Part shown: piece by piece, positions 58,826 through 64,000 of the stretch
Layout: every line of letters begins with the position of its first letter
Numbering within the stretch: position 1 is the first letter of the stretch
NCBI GenBank assembly: GCA_047602405.1
Contig: JASGHJ010000002.1
Span: 608,001-672,000, forward strand
DNA length: 64,000 bases
Direction: 5' to 3'
DNA from: Anaeromyxobacteraceae bacterium
GTDB lineage: Bacteria; Myxococcota; Myxococcia; Myxococcales; Anaeromyxobacteraceae
The notes under the pieces: model-generated
Told to the model about the DNA's origin: nothing
What the model saw: the letters and a program-made list of their open reading frames with translations, nothing else
The model's database searches: none
Position numbers and translations under genes: made by a program

Positions 58826-60214
58826 TCAGGCCTGCTTCATCTCGTGCACGAGGTTCGCGAGGCTGGCCTTCGCGTCGCCGAAGAGCATCGAGGTGTTCTC
58901 CGCGTAGAAGAGCTCGTTCTCGATGCCCGCGAAGCCGGGGTTCATCGAGCGCTTCATCACGATGACCTGCTTCGACTGGTCCACGTTGAGGATCGGCATG
59001 CCGTAGATCGGCGAGCTCTTGTCGTTGCGGGCGGCCGGGTTCACGACGTCGTTCGCGCCGATGACGAGCGCCACGTCGGCGTTCTTGAACTCGTCGTTGA
59101 TCTCCTCCATCTCCTTGAGCTTGTCGTAGGGGATGTCGGCCTCGGCGAGGAGCACGTTCATGTGGCCGGGCATGCGGCCGGCCACCGGGTGGATGGCGTA
59201 GAGCACCTCGCCGCCGTTCTTCTCGACGAGCTGCGCGAGCTCGCGGACCTGGTGCTGGGCCTGGGCGACCGCCATGCCGTACCCGGGCACCACGATCACG
59301 AGGCGGGCGAAGCCGAGCTGGATGGCCGCGTCCTCCGGCGTGATGGAGCGGGTGGTGAGGTTGGCGGCGGACTTCGTGCTCGCCTCGGGCGCCGACCCGA
59401 ACGCGCCGAAGAGCACGTTCGTGAAGGACCGGTTCATCGCCTTCGACATGATGATCGAGAGGATGAAGCCGGAGGCGCCGTCGAGCGCGCCCGCGATGAT
59501 GAGCACGTTGTTGTTGATCGCGAAGCCGGTCGCGCTCGCGGCGAGGCCCGCGTACGAGTTGAGGAGCGAGATCACGACCGGCATGTCGGCGCCGCCGATG
59601 GGCAGCACGAGCGAGACGCCGAACACCAGCGCGAGCGCCACCATGGCGTAGAAGGCGTGCGCGTTCGACGGGTCGTAGACGAGCCAGCCGAAGAGCCCCG
59701 CCGCGGCGGCGAACATGCCGACCGAGACGAAGTTCTGGCCCTTGAAGGTCAGCGGCTTCGAGGGCAGGAACTCCTGCAGCTTCCCGAACGCCATGAACGA
59801 GCCGGTGATGGTGAGCGCGCCGAAGAGGACCTCGAAGCCGATGGCGCCCATCACCGAGCGGGGCACGCCCCCGGTCTCGTGGAGGTGGCCGTACTCGGCG
59901 ACGCCGACGAGGGTCGCCGCGACGGCGCCGAACATGTGCGAGATGGCGATGCGCTGGGGCATCGCGGTCATGGGCACGTAGACGCCGAGCGGGTAGCCGA
60001 TGACCGTGCCGAGCACGAGCCCGCCCAGGATCCACTGGTAGGAGACGATCTCCTCCTTCACGAGCGTCCCGGCGATGGCGACCACCATGCCCATCGCGGC
60101 GAGCTGCATGCCCCGGCGCGCCTTGTCCGGGATGGTGAGGGAGCGCAGGCCCAGGATGAAGAGGATGGAGGCGAGGAGGTACGCCGCCTCGATGAACACG
60201 ATGCGGGCGTTCAC
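58826..60214 (-). CDS. pntB: NAD(P) transhydrogenase beta subunit
   Basis: PMTAMPQ, IGGADMPVVIS, VPGYGMAVAQAQ, HPVAGRMPGHMNVLLAEA, GANDVVNP. Confidence 0.96.
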   Translation of the reverse strand: MNARIVFIEAAYLLASILFILGLRSLTIPDKARRGMQLAAMGMVVAIAGTLVKEEIVSYQWILGGLVLGTVIGYPLGVYVPMTAMPQRIAISHMFGAVAATLVGVAEYGHLHETGGVPRSVMGAIGFEVLFGALTITGSFMAFGKLQEFLPSKPLTFKGQNFVSVGMFAAAAGLFGWLVYDPSNAHAFYAMVALALVFGVSLVLPIGGADMPVVISLLNSYAGLAASATGFAINNNVLIIAGALDGASGFILSIIMSKAMNRSFTNVLFGAFGSAPEASTKSAANLTTRSITPEDAAIQLGFARLVIVVPGYGMAVAQAQHQVRELAQLVEKNGGEVLYAIHPVAGRMPGHMNVLLAEADIPYDKLKEMEEINDEFKNADVALVIGANDVVNPAARNDKSSPIYGMPILNVDQSKQVIVMKRSMNPGFAGIENELFYAENTSMLFGDAKASLANLVHEMKQA

Positions 60215-60514
60215 TTGGCGGCCCCCTTCTTCTCGTTGCGCTTGAACATCTTGAGCATGCGGTCGGTGATGATGAAGCCGCCGACCACGTTGATGGTCGC
60301 GCAGGTCACCGCCACGAAGCCGAGGACGCTCGCGAAGAGCGAGTAGCCGGCGCCGGCGATCACGAGCGAGCCGACGAGCGAGATTGCCGAGAGGGCGTTG
60401 GTGGCCGACATGAGCGGCGTGTGGAGGAGGGCCGGCACGCGGGTGATCACGAAGAACCCGACGAAGCCGGCGAGGATGAAGACGTAGAGCTGGATGATTC
60501 TCGAGGGAGGCCAT
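60211..60514 (-). CDS. pntAB: NAD(P) transhydrogenase alpha subunit part 2, frameshift near 60499
   Basis: VPALLHTPLMSATNALS, INVVGGFIITDRMLKMF. ATG 60514 is offset by one extra base. Confidence 0.9.
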
Positions 60515-60532
60515 GGTGGTTTGTGGTTCCCC

Positions 60533-61630
60533 TTACGCGCGGACCTTGCCGTCGTGGACGACCAGCATCGGGCCGGCGATGTCGTCCGCCGGGTCCACGA
60601 GCTTCCCGTCCTTCCAGAGGTGGGTGAGGAGCGTCACGACGTTGCGGCCGTACATCTGGCTCGCGTGGAACGCGACCGAGGACGGCACGTTCACGGCGCC
60701 GATGATCTGCACCCCGTGCTCGACCACCGTCTCGCCGGCCCTCGTGAGCTCGCAGTTGCCGCCGGTCTCGGCGGCGAGGTCCACGATGACCGAGCCGGGC
60801 CGCATGGTGCGGACCATGTCCGCCGTGACGAGCCGCGGGGCGGGCTTGTTCGGGATCTGCGCGGTGGTGACCACGAGGTCCATGTCGCGGATGTGGCCCG
60901 CGATGGCGCCGAGCACGCGCTCCTGCTCGGAGGCGCCCAGCTCCTTCGCGTAGCCGCCCTGGCCCTCGGCGGCGACCGCCGGGACCTCGACGAACGTCGC
61001 GCCGAGCGACTGGACCTGCTCCTTCACGACCGGGCGCACGTCGAAGGCCGACACGACCGCGCCGAGGCGGCGCGCGGTGGCGATGGCCTGCAGGCCGGCG
61101 ACGCCGGCGCCCATGATGAAGGCCTTCGCCGGCGCGAGCGTGCCCGCGGCGGTGGTCATCATCGGCAGGATGCGGGGCAGGGCGCTCGCGCCCATCAGCA
61201 CCGCCTTGAAGCCGGCGAGCGTGGCCTGCGAGGACAGCACGTCCATCGACTGGGCCCGGGTGGTGCGGGGCACCCGCTCCATCGAGAGCGCCGAGACGCC
61301 GCGGGCGGCGATCCGATTGAGGAGCGGCCCGCTCTGGGCGGGCGCGAGGAGCCCGAGCAGCAGCGCCCCCTGCGGGAGGAGGCCGAGCTCGGCCTCGGTG
61401 GGCTTGCCCACCTTCGCGAGCAGGTTCACGCCCTCGAGGGCCGCGGCCGGGGTGGGGGCGAGGGTCGCGCCCGCGGCCTCGTAGGCCTGATCGGCGAAGC
61501 CGGCCGACAGCCCGGCGCCGCGCTCCACCCTGACCTCGTGCTTCGCCTTGACCAGCCGGGCGACGTTCTCCGGGACGAGCGCGACGCGGCGCTCGCCCGG
61601 GGCGGTCTCCTTGACGACTCCGATGCGCAT
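60533..61630 (-). CDS. pntAA: NAD(P) transhydrogenase alpha subunit part 1
   Basis: GERRVALVP, RAQSMDVLSSQ, GAGVAGLQAIATA, VDLAAETGGNC. Confidence 0.95.
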   Translation of the reverse strand: MRIGVVKETAPGERRVALVPENVARLVKAKHEVRVERGAGLSAGFADQAYEAAGATLAPTPAAALEGVNLLAKVGKPTEAELGLLPQGALLLGLLAPAQSGPLLNRIAARGVSALSMERVPRTTRAQSMDVLSSQATLAGFKAVLMGASALPRILPMMTTAAGTLAPAKAFIMGAGVAGLQAIATARRLGAVVSAFDVRPVVKEQVQSLGATFVEVPAVAAEGQGGYAKELGASEQERVLGAIAGHIRDMDLVVTTAQIPNKPAPRLVTADMVRTMRPGSVIVDLAAETGGNCELTRAGETVVEHGVQIIGAVNVPSSVAFHASQMYGRNVVTLLTHLWKDGKLVDPADDIAGPMLVVHDGKVRA

Positions 61631-61706
61631 GCAGGCTCCCTGGGGGTGATCCCGGGGAGGATACGGGCAAATCGGGGTCGAGCGTGGGAAAAAGCCCCGC
61701 CCTGAC

Positions 61707-62144
61707 TCAGGCGGGGCGGTCCGCGGTGGGACCGCCGGTGATGTAGTCCTCGAGCTGGCGGGCCGCCCACCGCTGCTCCTCGAGCATCAGCCGGAGGATG
61801 TGACGCATGGTGACGATGCCCACCACGCCCCCGGCGTCCTCCACGAGCAGGTGGCGGGTCCGGTGGTCCCGCATGAGGGCCTGGCAGCGCTCCACGGTCT
61901 CGTCGGCGTCGACGTACGGCACGGCCCGCATGGCCTGGGTGATGGGCGCGTCGGGCGACTCGCCCTGGACCAGCACCGCCCGCACGAGGTCACCCTCCGT
62001 GACGAGGCCGACGAGCTCGCCGTCCTCGAGGACCCCCACCGAGCCGACCTTGCGCTCGTCCATCACCAGCGCCGCCGCGCGCATGCTCGCGGAGCCGTCC
62101 AGCGCCACCACGTCACGGGCCACTTCGGAGCGAATCGAGGTCAT
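61707..62144 (-). CDS. CBS domain pair protein
   Basis: LVGLVTEGDL, RHLLVED, VVGIVTMRHI. Confidence 0.88.
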   Translation of the reverse strand: MTSIRSEVARDVVALDGSASMRAAALVMDERKVGSVGVLEDGELVGLVTEGDLVRAVLVQGESPDAPITQAMRAVPYVDADETVERCQALMRDHRTRHLLVEDAGGVVGIVTMRHILRLMLEEQRWAARQLEDYITGGPTADRPA

Positions 62145-62259
62145 GGCGTCCTCCGGGGGGTGAGCACTGACCGTAGGGGCCGGCGCGGACGATCCGGAAG
62201 GGGCCCGGGCGGGGCGCCCGCGGGGCGGTCGCTCGCGATCCGATCGCCGCCGTGCGTCA

Positions 62260-62790
62260 TCAGAAGCGGTCCGGGGTCACCGCCCAGACTCCGCTCGTGA
62301 TGCCGCGGAAGCGGGCGCACGCTGGGGCCGCGTCGGGCCGGTCCCACACGATGCCCGCGAACATCCCGTCGACGTCCTGCCAGCGGGGCGCCGAGTGGAT
62401 CGGGTCGCCGAGGCGGTAGTGCCCGAGCTCGTGCAGGAGCTCGGCGGCCTCGAAGCAGGCCGGCGCGGCGTCGGGCACGTGCACCGACAGCGTCTTCTCG
62501 AGGTAGTCGGTGCAGCCCTCGTTCCGGCTCGCCATGTAGCAGAGGTACTCGGTCGTGTCGCGGTACTGGATCCGCCAGCCGTCCAGGTTCGAGAGCCCCC
62601 AGAACGGGAGCTCGACCGCGAGCACCTTCTCGACCCGCGCCCTCGCGGCCTCGAGGTCGGGCGGGTCGGTCTCGAACTCCACGCACGCGCCCCGCACGTG
62701 GAAGTCGCAGCGCCACGGCTCGCAGCCGGTCCAGAGCCCCGCACCCGCACACCACGCGAGCGCGAGGTACAGCCTCGCCTTCCGTCCCAC
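62260..62790 (-). CDS. Hypothetical lipoprotein with HExxH motif
   Basis: GGGGAG before GTG 62790, possible lipobox WTGC, LLHELGH, several Cys. Confidence 0.6.
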   Translation of the reverse strand: MGRKARLYLALAWCAGAGLWTGCEPWRCDFHVRGACVEFETDPPDLEAARARVEKVLAVELPFWGLSNLDGWRIQYRDTTEYLCYMASRNEGCTDYLEKTLSVHVPDAAPACFEAAELLHELGHYRLGDPIHSAPRWQDVDGMFAGIVWDRPDAAPACARFRGITSGVWAVTPDRF

Positions 62791-62894
62791 GTCTCCCCCC
62801 ACCCACTGCGAACGTGGGCACGGGCGGTGGCCGGCCGGAACGACCCCAACGCGCCCTGCCACGGCGGCGCGCGGAGCCTTACTCGATGGGACTC

Positions 62895-64000
<1,106 letters not shown>

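Overview
Very GC-rich, gene-dense bacterial chromosome segment. Gene content suggests Myxococcota, Anaeromyxobacter-like (inference). It carries about 55 CDSs, mostly housekeeping or metabolic: HDOD/response-regulator signalling, a liv-type ABC operon, DEAD-box helicase, Gre factor, KaiC-like ATPase plus hybrid kinase, an FAD/Fe-S oxidase, three hemerythrins, a pentaheme OmcA/MtrC-like lipoprotein, an MlaEFD-type operon, a 2-oxoacid:ferredoxin oxidoreductase, purT, rmuC, qor, pntAB and treS. No rRNA, tRNA, CRISPR array or transposase was recognised. At least nine single-base frameshifts break otherwise intact genes; four are the same GATC->GATTC change, which suggests sequencing error. The main unexplained signals are: (1) a shared TGTCnGACC-N7-(T/C)AGGAT promoter before a DUF222-like HNH gene and rmuC, matching the geometry of the actinobacterial PafBC/RecA-NDp DNA-damage promoter; (2) a four-copy REP-like element with fully covarying stems; (3) a ~360 bp nested palindromic element; (4) many putatively leaderless genes; (5) a half-size MtrC-like cytochrome; (6) a membrane-anchored SF2 helicase.
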